64,000 nt of DNA from Candidatus Saccharimonadota bacterium (lineage in GTDB: Bacteria; Patescibacteriota; Saccharimonadia; Saccharimonadales; Saccharimonadaceae). The DNA is taken from NCBI GenBank assembly GCA_017511205.1, contig JAFWLE010000007.1, positions 367 to 64,366 of the forward strand. Reading direction: 5' to 3'. The translations under genes and the position numbers were made by a program. A model generated the notes under the pieces. That model was not told where the DNA came from. It was given only the letters and a program-made list of their open reading frames with translations, and ran no database searches. Shown piece by piece: positions 56,124-63,637 of the stretch (position 1 is the first letter of the stretch; the number at the start of each line of letters is the position of its first letter).

Positions 56124-57443
56124 TTGCAATGATTGTATATATAGTAATAGTTCTTCTTTAACGAAGTCGTCTTTCACTAATTCTAGCTCTTTCATGAAAA
56201 TTGGTGCCAAACGTTTTAGCCTCTCCTGACGGTATTTTTCATACGCTTCCGCTTCTGACTCCGATAAAGTATCAGGAAAATTCCGCCCTTTGTAATGAAG
56301 CAGCAGTTCTGGTAATCTTTCGTCGATAAAATCTGGGTGAAAATCAGCGAGTTCCTTCGGGCTAGCATTCCTCACCGCCGCCACTTTAATTCGATCCGCA
56401 TCATTGAGAAATCCATCGTATAACGCTTCTTCTGGCTCCAAAGCCTTCGGAAATTCCGGTCGGTTTTCAAATTCGCCCCGCATTTGCTCTGCAAACTCCG
56501 GATGTTTCAAAAGAATCTGCAAATTCTTTTCGACTTCCTCCTTTTCCAGCCCAATTTTCTCCCAGCCACCGTCATCTAAAACCGCAAGCGGTGCTACCGC
56601 CGGGCATTTATTAAAGCATAATTCTTTCACGATCGGGAAATAATTATCCGAAAGATCTTCCAGATTATAACGTAGATCATACACTAATACATTTCCATTT
56701 CGTCCCGCCGTCAGCGGTACTGCCACAGTAGATTTATTGAATTCGTTAGCATATCTTCCCGACGCATATACAAACGGTCTTTTGTCGTCCAAATTTACCA
56801 ATTTCTTTACGGCATTTTTCTCCCGCATTTTGTAAAGAAAATCAAATAGCTTCGGTTGCTTTTCCTTAATCATCTTCGCCACCGCAATCGTCGCAAATAC
56901 GTCAGAAAGTGCATCGTGCGCATGCTCATGCGAAAGTCCATTTAGTTTTGTCAAAAGCTCCAAACGATTCGTCGGCGCTCCATCCTCACGAAACGGCCAT
57001 TCGATTCCTTCCGGCCTAAGCGCCCGTGTCATCCTTACTACATCTAGCATGTCCCAACGCGATCTACCATCCTTCCACTCCCACTCATACGGATCATAAA
57101 AATTCCGCCAAAAAATCGCCCGCATAAATTCATCATCAAACCGCACGGTATTATAGCCTACCGCCACTGTTTCCGGCACAAATACTTCTTCCGTCACGTA
57201 TTTGCAAAACTCTGCTTCACTTATCCCATCCATCAAAGTCTTTTGTGGCGTGATCCCCGTCACATTGATTGCTCCTGGGCTCGGCAAAGCATCATCCGTC
57301 ATTTTCACTAGAATGTTCACCGGCTCACCGATAGGGTTCAAATCCAAATCCGTTCGCTGTCCCGCAAACTGCATAATCCGATCTTCCCGTGGCTTCAGCC
57401 CGCTCGTCTCAAGATCATAAAAGAAAAACGTTTTTTTACTCAT
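56121..57443 (-). CDS. sbcB: Exodeoxyribonuclease I
   Basis: The N-terminal DnaQ-like exonuclease motif is FFFYDLETSGLKPREDRIMQFAGQRTD...GEPVNILVK...LPSPGAINVTGITPQ, which parallels ExoI. 440 aa. Confidence 0.85.
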   Translation of the reverse strand: MSKKTFFFYDLETSGLKPREDRIMQFAGQRTDLDLNPIGEPVNILVKMTDDALPSPGAINVTGITPQKTLMDGISEAEFCKYVTEEVFVPETVAVGYNTVRFDDEFMRAIFWRNFYDPYEWEWKDGRSRWDMLDVVRMTRALRPEGIEWPFREDGAPTNRLELLTKLNGLSHEHAHDALSDVFATIAVAKMIKEKQPKLFDFLYKMREKNAVKKLVNLDDKRPFVYASGRYANEFNKSTVAVPLTAGRNGNVLVYDLRYNLEDLSDNYFPIVKELCFNKCPAVAPLAVLDDGGWEKIGLEKEEVEKNLQILLKHPEFAEQMRGEFENRPEFPKALEPEEALYDGFLNDADRIKVAAVRNASPKELADFHPDFIDERLPELLLHYKGRNFPDTLSESEAEAYEKYRQERLKRLAPIFMKELELVKDDFVKEELLLYIQSLQ

Positions 57444-57476
57444 TTTTTATTCCTTTGCTATAATAGGAAAGGGTTC

Positions 57477-57505
57477 TTGACATCACAAATTGTGTATGGT
57501 AGAAT
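57477..57505 (+). promoter_or_regulatory. Near-consensus promoter (TTGACA-17-TGgTAGAAT), with a second TGcTATAAT at 57456-57464
   Basis: TTGACA is at 57477-57482, TG at 57497-57498 and TAGAAT at 57500-57505. No plus-strand ORF lies downstream. Confidence 0.45.
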
Positions 57506-57517
57506 GAAATTATTGGG

Positions 57518-57589
57518 TTAATTACTCCGCTTAGGCGGGGTAATTTTTAGTTTAATATTGACTTTTATTTCATCAATTTCAACTTCCAT
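57518..57589 (-). CDS. Candidate 23-codon small ORF (MEVEIDEIKVNIKLKITPPKRSN) with a strong SD
   Basis: AAAGGAGGG lies 5 nt upstream of the ATG at 57589. The 3' end overlaps the hairpin at 57520-57545. I have no homology evidence. Confidence 0.25.
   Translation of the reverse strand: MEVEIDEIKVNIKLKITPPKRSN
57520..57548 (+). terminator. Intrinsic terminator on the plus strand, 15 nt after the -10 of the orphan promoter
   Basis: AATTACTCCGC-ttag-GCGGGGTAATT forms 11 bp with one G:U, followed by TTT(AG)TTT. Confidence 0.5.
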
Positions 57590-57745
57590 TTAACCCTCCT
57601 TTCTCCTGCCATTAAGTTTTTAATTTGCGCCAATCTCCCTTTCCTCTAGCCTATATATCACAACCGCACCCAAATTACAACCCCCACCAGGATCAATTAA
57701 TTATACTCACGGTTGCTAGGCGAGACGGATGCTAGGCCCTCTCGC

Positions 57746-57767
57746 GACCGCGCTTTAGGGCGCGGTC
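57746..57767. other. GC-rich 8-bp hairpin 49 nt downstream of the FISUMP gene stop
   Basis: The hairpin is GACCGCGC-tttagg-GCGCGGTC. It has no adjoining U run on the minus strand and sits in a GC-rich patch (about 57705-57770) of an otherwise AT-rich spacer. Confidence 0.5.
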
Positions 57768-57816
57768 ACTTAAGATTTTCATGTATGCGGCAGACAAGGA
57801 ACTTAAAAAGGCAAAA

Positions 57817-59289
57817 CTAGGAATCTAGCAAGCACCTCATTGAGAGTCCGTAGTAGCGACCGTAGCCGTACGTGGGGTTGACACTGCTTGAATACACGCT
57901 GAGGTCGTACATGATGCCGTCACTGCGCCTAGTAGAAGACCAGAAGTTGCCGCCCGTGCCCTGATTGTACGCCGAGCCACTGCCGAAGAGGCCCGACAGA
58001 GGAGTAGAAAGATTATATTGGAGGCTAGCGGTATTTGTTGCAGTTTGAGTAGTATTATAGTAACCATACAATGAATTATACTCACCACTAGAGTCACCAG
58101 TAGGCATTCTCCAGCCAGCCGGGCAAAGGTCTTCAGTGGCATTGCCAGAACTGGTGCCTTCACTTTTACCATTACCATAGCAGTAAGAGCCTGCAGATGC
58201 GGCACAGTAGTTGTAATATATTCCGATTTTACCACTACCATTACCATAGCTGGTGGTAGTTTGATCTTTGTAAGTGGAGATAGTCATAGGTACACTATAA
58301 AAGTTTTGGGAATTAGAAGACCAGGTCTCGTTATTGAGCGGTGCAGTTGGATATTGATCAGAAGTGGTACCACCACCATTCTTAAGATAGCCAAGTGATG
58401 TAGTAGAAGCGTTAGTGTTGCTGGCCGTAGTGTTATTCAGAACAGTTGAATCAGTAAGGTCTAATCTTAAGTTATCTAGAAGCCATAGATTTCCGTCTTT
58501 TAGTTTGGATACGCAGTATGGTTCCTCATCACGAGAATCTCTTAAGTAATATGGGGCTTCTTCAGTGAGGCTAGCTAGAACGGAAGCTTTATTGGAACTA
58601 TTGATATCCTGCATATACTTCACGCCCGGAACTTTAGTACTACAAGTTTCTGGTGGTGTAGGACCATCTTCTGTTTCCGGACTAGTCACCGCATAGAAGG
58701 TAATGATATTGGTATAAGTTCCGGCAGCCTGACTCGTAGAAGCCTTAGCACCTATTTTAAATTTGATAGATTGATTGTCTGCTGGACTAGTAGTTTCTAT
58801 TAAGGCTTTACCAGTAGCACCTTCATCATCATTATCTTTAGGAAGTCCTGAATAATTAGACCAAGTAGAACCATTATCATCTGAAATACGATAGCCCCAA
58901 GTATTGTCTGTGGAGAGACTAGCTAGACTAGCATTAGTAGCAATGCTAGTGAATTTGTAGTTACTATTCTCTGTATTTACAAGATCTGTATTAGTAGATG
59001 AAGTACCAGCTGTAGCAGTGAGATAATAGCCATAGGTAGCGTTAGTAGTGACACTTACTGTGAGTATATTACTATCTGCTACGGAGCCTGGAGTGAGGTT
59101 ATTAATGATCAGATCTGTACTAGCAGTATCAGAAGAAAGATTGATGGAAATAGTGGGGTTAAAGGTAAAGGAGACGTCGACATTATCCTGATAAGTCACG
59201 GCAGAAGTATCTATCACCCCTAAAAAGCCGCAAAAAACCGCCAGCATCAAAGCCAACGAACTAATTCTTACCAATTTTATACTTGTCAT
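57817..59289 (-). CDS. Secreted surface protein with an N-terminal beta-rich module shared with the giant protein and a C-terminal Fibrobacter-succinogenes-major-paralogous (FISUMP, TIGR02145-like) domain
   Basis: It has a signal or TM segment (ISSLALMLAVFCGFLGVI). FISUMP landmarks are YCVSKLKDGNLWLLDNL, GIYYNYCAA, LCPAGWRMPT, NFWSST and the terminal GLSMRCL. The start is set at MTSIKLV (59289), with AAGGGGAA upstream. Confidence 0.8.
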   Translation of the reverse strand: MTSIKLVRISSLALMLAVFCGFLGVIDTSAVTYQDNVDVSFTFNPTISINLSSDTASTDLIINNLTPGSVADSNILTVSVTTNATYGYYLTATAGTSSTNTDLVNTENSNYKFTSIATNASLASLSTDNTWGYRISDDNGSTWSNYSGLPKDNDDEGATGKALIETTSPADNQSIKFKIGAKASTSQAAGTYTNIITFYAVTSPETEDGPTPPETCSTKVPGVKYMQDINSSNKASVLASLTEEAPYYLRDSRDEEPYCVSKLKDGNLWLLDNLRLDLTDSTVLNNTTASNTNASTTSLGYLKNGGGTTSDQYPTAPLNNETWSSNSQNFYSVPMTISTYKDQTTTSYGNGSGKIGIYYNYCAASAGSYCYGNGKSEGTSSGNATEDLCPAGWRMPTGDSSGEYNSLYGYYNTTQTATNTASLQYNLSTPLSGLFGSGSAYNQGTGGNFWSSTRRSDGIMYDLSVYSSSVNPTYGYGRYYGLSMRCLLDS

Positions 59290-59448
59290 AATCGCACCAT
59301 TCCCCTTATAACTACCATTATACATTAGCACTTTTATTTACACAATAGTTTTTTACAAAAAATCTCCACAAAAATGCATAAAAAATTCCCCCGAGGCGTC
59401 CATTCTTAAAATGTTACCCCGAGGGATTTTGAAAGGAAAGTGAGATGT

Positions 59449-59838
59449 CTATTTATCATACTGATAGCAGCATAATAAATCATTCAGCTTTAACTTTCGA
59501 TAGTAGCCAATCTTGCAACCAGTGTAATAAAGTATTGCATAGGTGAACAGACCAACTACTAAAATAGCCATCGGCGCTACGACGAAAAGCGCGTAGAAAC
59601 CGGTTGTATCATCGGTACCCAACACGGCATCTAGGCCAGTCACCAAAGAGCGACCACCCCAAATAGCCATTGAAGCCGCCACAATGACGGCGAAGATTAT
59701 TGAGAAGAAGTTAAACATCTTCTCGTTATATCTTCTTCTTATTTTTCCATCTGCTATCCTATACTGGGCTATGCCCAAAACAGATATAACTATGAGTCCG
59801 ATAACGAATGCTATAATAGTGTTAAACATAATCCTCAA
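59449..59838 (-). CDS. Hypothetical integral membrane protein (129 aa, about 4 TM helices)
   Basis: The hydrophobic helices are IIAFVIGLIVISVLGIA, FFSIIFAVIVAASMAIWG, FYALFVVAPMAILVVGLFTYAILYY. Confidence 0.55.
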   Translation of the reverse strand: MRIMFNTIIAFVIGLIVISVLGIAQYRIADGKIRRRYNEKMFNFFSIIFAVIVAASMAIWGGRSLVTGLDAVLGTDDTTGFYALFVVAPMAILVVGLFTYAILYYTGCKIGYYRKLKLNDLLCCYQYDK

Positions 59839-59951
59839 CCCCCTTATCTGATTATGTATTGGTTCTTAGATTGAGATCCCTTTTTCTCAATCTACACCCT
59901 AATTATAGCACAAACACTTTAAAAAGTCAATACTAGCAACACAAAACTGGA

Positions 59952-60686
59952 TTATTCACTAGTAGCCGAGCTATTCATCACCTCGTCGTAATCCATCCCA
60001 TAAGAAGCATATTGTAACCTCATAGTAGCTTCTTCTAGCTCTTTCGAAAGCTTTTTCAAAGGATCTTTATTTGCAACCGTCATTACCATAAATTTCAACG
60101 GCTTATTCGTACCACCACAAATCTCTTTCGAATCTCCATAGGCTAATTCCCCAGGAATCGTGATTTCACGGATACCACCCATTTTCATACCCTTAACACC
60201 CTGGTTCCAACCTTCAATCATCCCCACCGAAGGGTCAATTGCGATGCGAAACCCAGTCGGATTCTCTGTATCATCAAACGACGAGTCAAACACCGACTCA
60301 TCAGCGCACCAGCCGATATAATAAGCTAAATAATTATCCTCAGATACGGTATCACCAGAGCCCTTCTCGATATCCTTCGTCTTTACGCCACCTTCATTTG
60401 CCGAATTCTCGTTATAACCCTTGACTACCTTCCCCTTATAGCCCAAGAATTTCTTATAATCTTTGTTTGTAGCCTCTTGAAACTCCTTCAACTTCTTATC
60501 ATAGGCCTCTTGATACTCCGCCACCTTAGCCTCATCTACCTGGCTCTCCTCTTCGTTTTTATTCTGCATTACCCCACTAAGAACTATCGCGGCATAGCTC
60601 GCGATAATCGAACCGACCATAATAATCGCGATAATTATAATAAACACCCTCTGTTTTGTACTGGTTTTTAACTCTTTTTCGTCCAT
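59952..60686 (-). CDS. Membrane-anchored FKBP-type peptidyl-prolyl cis-trans isomerase
   Basis: It has an N-terminal TM. The FKBP core is VKTKDIEKGSGDTVSEDNYLAYYIGW..DESVFDSSFD...GWNQGVKGMKMGGIREITIPGELAYG. Confidence 0.85.
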   Translation of the reverse strand: MDEKELKTSTKQRVFIIIIAIIMVGSIIASYAAIVLSGVMQNKNEEESQVDEAKVAEYQEAYDKKLKEFQEATNKDYKKFLGYKGKVVKGYNENSANEGGVKTKDIEKGSGDTVSEDNYLAYYIGWCADESVFDSSFDDTENPTGFRIAIDPSVGMIEGWNQGVKGMKMGGIREITIPGELAYGDSKEICGGTNKPLKFMVMTVANKDPLKKLSKELEEATMRLQYASYGMDYDEVMNSSATSE

Positions 60687-60715
60687 ATAAACTCCACTTA
60701 TTTTCTCTATTATAC

Positions 60716-60745
60716 CACAAAAATACCCCTATGAAAGGGGTATTT
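60716..60745 (-). terminator. Intrinsic terminator after rplO
   Basis: AAATACCCCT-atgaa-AGGGGTATTT is followed by TTTTGTGG on the minus strand. Confidence 0.75.
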
Positions 60746-60762
60746 TCTAAAACCAGTCAGAA

Positions 60763-61227
60763 TTAGCCTTTTTTCGCAGCGGGTTTCATCGGTACGGAAA
60801 CCTTTTTGAACGACCCACCAGCTTTCTCTAGAGCCGCTTTCGCAGTCTTAGAGATAAACTGAGTCTCTAGATCAATTTTTGCGGTCAAATCTCCCCGAGA
60901 AATCACCTTAACCTTGGCAAACGGAGTAGAAATTAATTCTGCCTTAGAAAGTGCAAAATTATCTACCTTACCCTTTAGACCATTCAATCTATCGGTGTAG
61001 ACCACCTCAGCCTTAGGATGGAAAGATTTAAAACCTTTGAGCTTCGGCACTGCCTGCATAATTGCACGCTGGCCACCCATAAACCCAGCTGGCATCTTGT
61101 TGTGACCAGCACGAGCTTTCTGACCTTTGGTACCACGCCCAGCCGTCTTACCTTGACCAGCGGCAATGCCGCGGCCTTTCCGAGACGGACGAGTGTTCTT
61201 CGTAACCTCTAAATCATTGTATTTCAT
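60763..61227 (-). CDS. rplO: 50S ribosomal protein L15
   Basis: 154 aa. The Gly/Lys/Arg-rich N-terminus is RKGRGIAAGQGKTAGRGTKGQKAR, and FSKTAKAALEKAGG is also present. Confidence 0.93.
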   Translation of the reverse strand: MKYNDLEVTKNTRPSRKGRGIAAGQGKTAGRGTKGQKARAGHNKMPAGFMGGQRAIMQAVPKLKGFKSFHPKAEVVYTDRLNGLKGKVDNFALSKAELISTPFAKVKVISRGDLTAKIDLETQFISKTAKAALEKAGGSFKKVSVPMKPAAKKG

Positions 61228-61976
61228 TACTTATTCTCCTTCTTAGCTGCTGGCTTTTTAGCGGCAGGCTTCTTAGCTGTAGCAGACTTAGCTGCAGGTT
61301 TTGCAGCCGCAGGCTTCTTAGCAGCCGGTTTAGCCGCAGTCTTAGCAGCCGGTTTAGCCGCCTCTTCCTTTGCGCCTATCCAATCTTTTCGCGCTACTTG
61401 TTGGCGTAAGCCTTCAAGCACAGCATAAGCAATATTTACCTTATTAGTCGAACCAAGTGACTTAGAAATCAAATTCTTTACACCGGTTAGACCCATAATG
61501 GCCCGGACTGTACCACCAGCGATAATCCCGGTACCAGGAGCAGCTGGTTTCATCAAAACATCTGCACCAGTTACCTTAGTTCGAGTTTCGTGGCAAATCG
61601 TTTCACCATCCATCTTAAAGGTAATCATGGTCTTTTTGGCTTTAGAACCGGCTTTGGCTACCGCCGTTGTCACGTCATTACCTTTAGCAACACCAATACC
61701 AATCCGATTTTTGTGATCGCCCATCGCAACTAGAGCTTTAAAGCGCATTCTGCGCCCACCAGCTACCGTCCTCGAAACGCGATCTACTGCAATAGTAATC
61801 TCATCAAATTCTTTTGGACCAGCATTTGCTCCACGCGCGCGATCACGACGATTACGTCGCTCCATCTTGCGCCCAGAAATATCCCGCGCTTGACGAGTTG
61901 CAGCTACCTTATCGTCCATCTTGAGAGTACCGGATTTGTTGATTACTCTCGGGGCTTTTTTCTCAGTTTCTGCCAT
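61227..61976 (-). CDS. rpsE: 30S ribosomal protein S5 with N- and C-terminal extensions (249 aa)
   Basis: The core is VDRVSRTVAGGRRMRFKALVAMGDHKNRIGIGVAKGNDV...GTGIIAGGTVRAIMGLTGV. The C-terminal tail consists of (PAAK)n-like repeats. Confidence 0.93.
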   Translation of the reverse strand: MAETEKKAPRVINKSGTLKMDDKVAATRQARDISGRKMERRNRRDRARGANAGPKEFDEITIAVDRVSRTVAGGRRMRFKALVAMGDHKNRIGIGVAKGNDVTTAVAKAGSKAKKTMITFKMDGETICHETRTKVTGADVLMKPAAPGTGIIAGGTVRAIMGLTGVKNLISKSLGSTNKVNIAYAVLEGLRQQVARKDWIGAKEEAAKPAAKTAAKPAAKKPAAAKPAAKSATAKKPAAKKPAAKKENK

Positions 61977-62306
61977 TTAAAACTCCAATCCTTCCTTGCG
62001 AGCGGCATCGGCTAATGCTGACATTCTACCCGCATATAATTTAGATCCACGATCAAATACCACTGTTTTGATCTTTTTCGCTTTGGCTTTTTTAGCAATT
62101 TCTGTACCAATCTTCGCTGCCTTTTCAGTCATCGTACCATCAAGCTTTTCGCCAACAGTAGTCGCCGAACAAAGAGTGGTCTTTTTATTGTCGTCAATTA
62201 CCTGCGCCACAATGTGACGGTTCGAAATATGAACCGAAAGGCGTGGTCTTTCGCTAGTACCAAAAATCTTGGCTCTAGTTCTTTTTGCTCTAAATTCAGC
62301 TTTCAT
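61977..62306 (-). CDS. rplR: 50S ribosomal protein L18
   Basis: 109 aa. The sequence has PRLSVHISNRHIVAQVIDD...VVFDRG.KLYAGRMSALADAARKEGLEF. Confidence 0.93.
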   Translation of the reverse strand: MKAEFRAKRTRAKIFGTSERPRLSVHISNRHIVAQVIDDNKKTTLCSATTVGEKLDGTMTEKAAKIGTEIAKKAKAKKIKTVVFDRGSKLYAGRMSALADAARKEGLEF

Positions 62307-62842
62307 TATTTCTTACCCGCCTTTCCTGCCTTGCGAAGGATTACTTCGTCGACATATTTAATACCTTTGCCCTTGTAAGGCTCAGGTTTCTTGAGGCTGC
62401 GAATTTCTGCCGCCACCTGACCGACCTTTTGCTTATCAATACCCGAAACGGTAATTTCCATTTTGTTAGTTGAAAGCTGCACGCCTTCTGGAGCATGATA
62501 TTTCACTGGATGTGAAAAACCCAGCGCCATTTCGATGTCAGATCCACCGCCAGAAAGACGAAAACCTACACCATTGATTTCTAGTTTTTTCTCGTAACCT
62601 TTGGTCACGCCAACTACCGCGTTGTTTAGAAGCGCACGTTGGAGTCCATGCCAAGCACGAGACTTTGGCTCATCATCCTCGCGGGTGACTTTAGCCACAT
62701 TTCCATCGATTTCAACCTTGGTTTTTGGTTGTACTGGGACAACGAGTGAACCCTTTGGGCCCGCGACAGTAATCTCTTTGTCGCCGACCGTAATTGTCAC
62801 TCCCGCCGGAATCTCGATGGGTTGTTTTCCGATACGACTCAT
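62306..62842 (-). CDS. rplF: 50S ribosomal protein L6
   Basis: The sequence has MSRIGKQPIEIPAGVTI...PEPYKGKGIKY. Confidence 0.95.
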   Translation of the reverse strand: MSRIGKQPIEIPAGVTITVGDKEITVAGPKGSLVVPVQPKTKVEIDGNVAKVTREDDEPKSRAWHGLQRALLNNAVVGVTKGYEKKLEINGVGFRLSGGGSDIEMALGFSHPVKYHAPEGVQLSTNKMEITVSGIDKQKVGQVAAEIRSLKKPEPYKGKGIKYVDEVILRKAGKAGKK

Positions 62843-62874
62843 ATCTTTTCCCTTGTTAAATTAATATCTGAATA

Positions 62875-62903
62875 ATTATACCATACCGCTTAAAAAAAGT
62901 AAA
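62875..62903 (-). promoter_or_regulatory. Promoter for an independent rplF-rplR-rpsE-rplO operon
   Basis: The minus strand reads TTTACT (62903-62898), 17 nt, then TGgTATAAT (TATAAT at 62880-62875). It lies 32 nt upstream of the rplF ATG. Confidence 0.6.
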
Positions 62904-62929
62904 CACCCCTGATAGTCACAAAACAAAAA

Positions 62930-63637
62930 TTACCGCAAAATCTTTTTTCTAAGGTTCACGTCCAAAATCAAAGCTAATTCTCGCGGATTATAATATTTAA
63001 GCAATTTCTTCCGCGCTTGTATCAAATAATCACTTCTTCCTGTCCTATGCGTGTCACTACCAAAAGCAAAAATCATCTTTTCCCTCGCCAATTTCTTAAT
63101 TACGCGCTCCGCTCCATTACCGTATGTGCCAATAATACTTCTCAGATTAGATTGAAGCAAAATTCCATCTTCATATAAATCTCGCACTTTTTGAAAATCA
63201 TCCTGCACGATCGAATATCTTTCCGGATGCGCCAAAACCACCTTAAACCCTTTCTCTCTTAGTTCACAAAGATATCCTTCATAATTCGGAAACTCACTAT
63301 TTAAGGGCAGTTCCACCAATAAATATTCGCTATCAGCTAGTGGCGAAAGCTCTCCCGCCTCCAAAAGCTCCGGAATTCGTTCATTAATATAGATCTCATT
63401 CCCAAGATAAAGCTTTACATCTATGCCAGCTGCCTTTAATCTAGCTTGTAATTCCCTCAATAGCTCCAAATTTTTCGATCGCGGCGATGTATAATCCGAC
63501 TCACATACATAGTGCGGCGTCGCAATTAGGTCCGTTACACCTTGGTCAAAAAGCCACTTAATAGTTTCGATGCTTTCGTCAAAATTCCTCGATCCATCAT
63601 CCACACCCGGCAAAACATGTGAATGAATATCTATCAT
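62930..63637 (-). CDS. cpsB: CpsB/CapC-type (PHP-domain) manganese-dependent protein-tyrosine phosphatase
   Basis: The N-terminus is MIDIHSHVLPGVDDGS. Further motifs are ...ATPHY... and ...GSDTH. Confidence 0.88.
   Translation of the reverse strand: MIDIHSHVLPGVDDGSRNFDESIETIKWLFDQGVTDLIATPHYVCESDYTSPRSKNLELLRELQARLKAAGIDVKLYLGNEIYINERIPELLEAGELSPLADSEYLLVELPLNSEFPNYEGYLCELREKGFKVVLAHPERYSIVQDDFQKVRDLYEDGILLQSNLRSIIGTYGNGAERVIKKLAREKMIFAFGSDTHRTGRSDYLIQARKKLLKYYNPRELALILDVNLRKKILR

Noticed and set aside
57690-57770. GC-rich patch as a possible SRP RNA, tmRNA fragment or other known structured RNA
   Set aside because: I could not find the conserved SRP domain IV motifs (GNAR tetraloop flanked by AGCA/CAGG-type loops) or tRNA-like ends. 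It is treated only as a hairpin associated with the FISUMP 3' region.
57444-57816. DGR template repeat or reverse transcriptase adjacent to the candidate variable region
   Set aside because: I scanned the spacer and all ORF products in the window by eye. No sequence is colinear with 57830-58003 and no RT (YxDD) motif protein is present. The DGR idea therefore remains a hypothesis needing off-window data.
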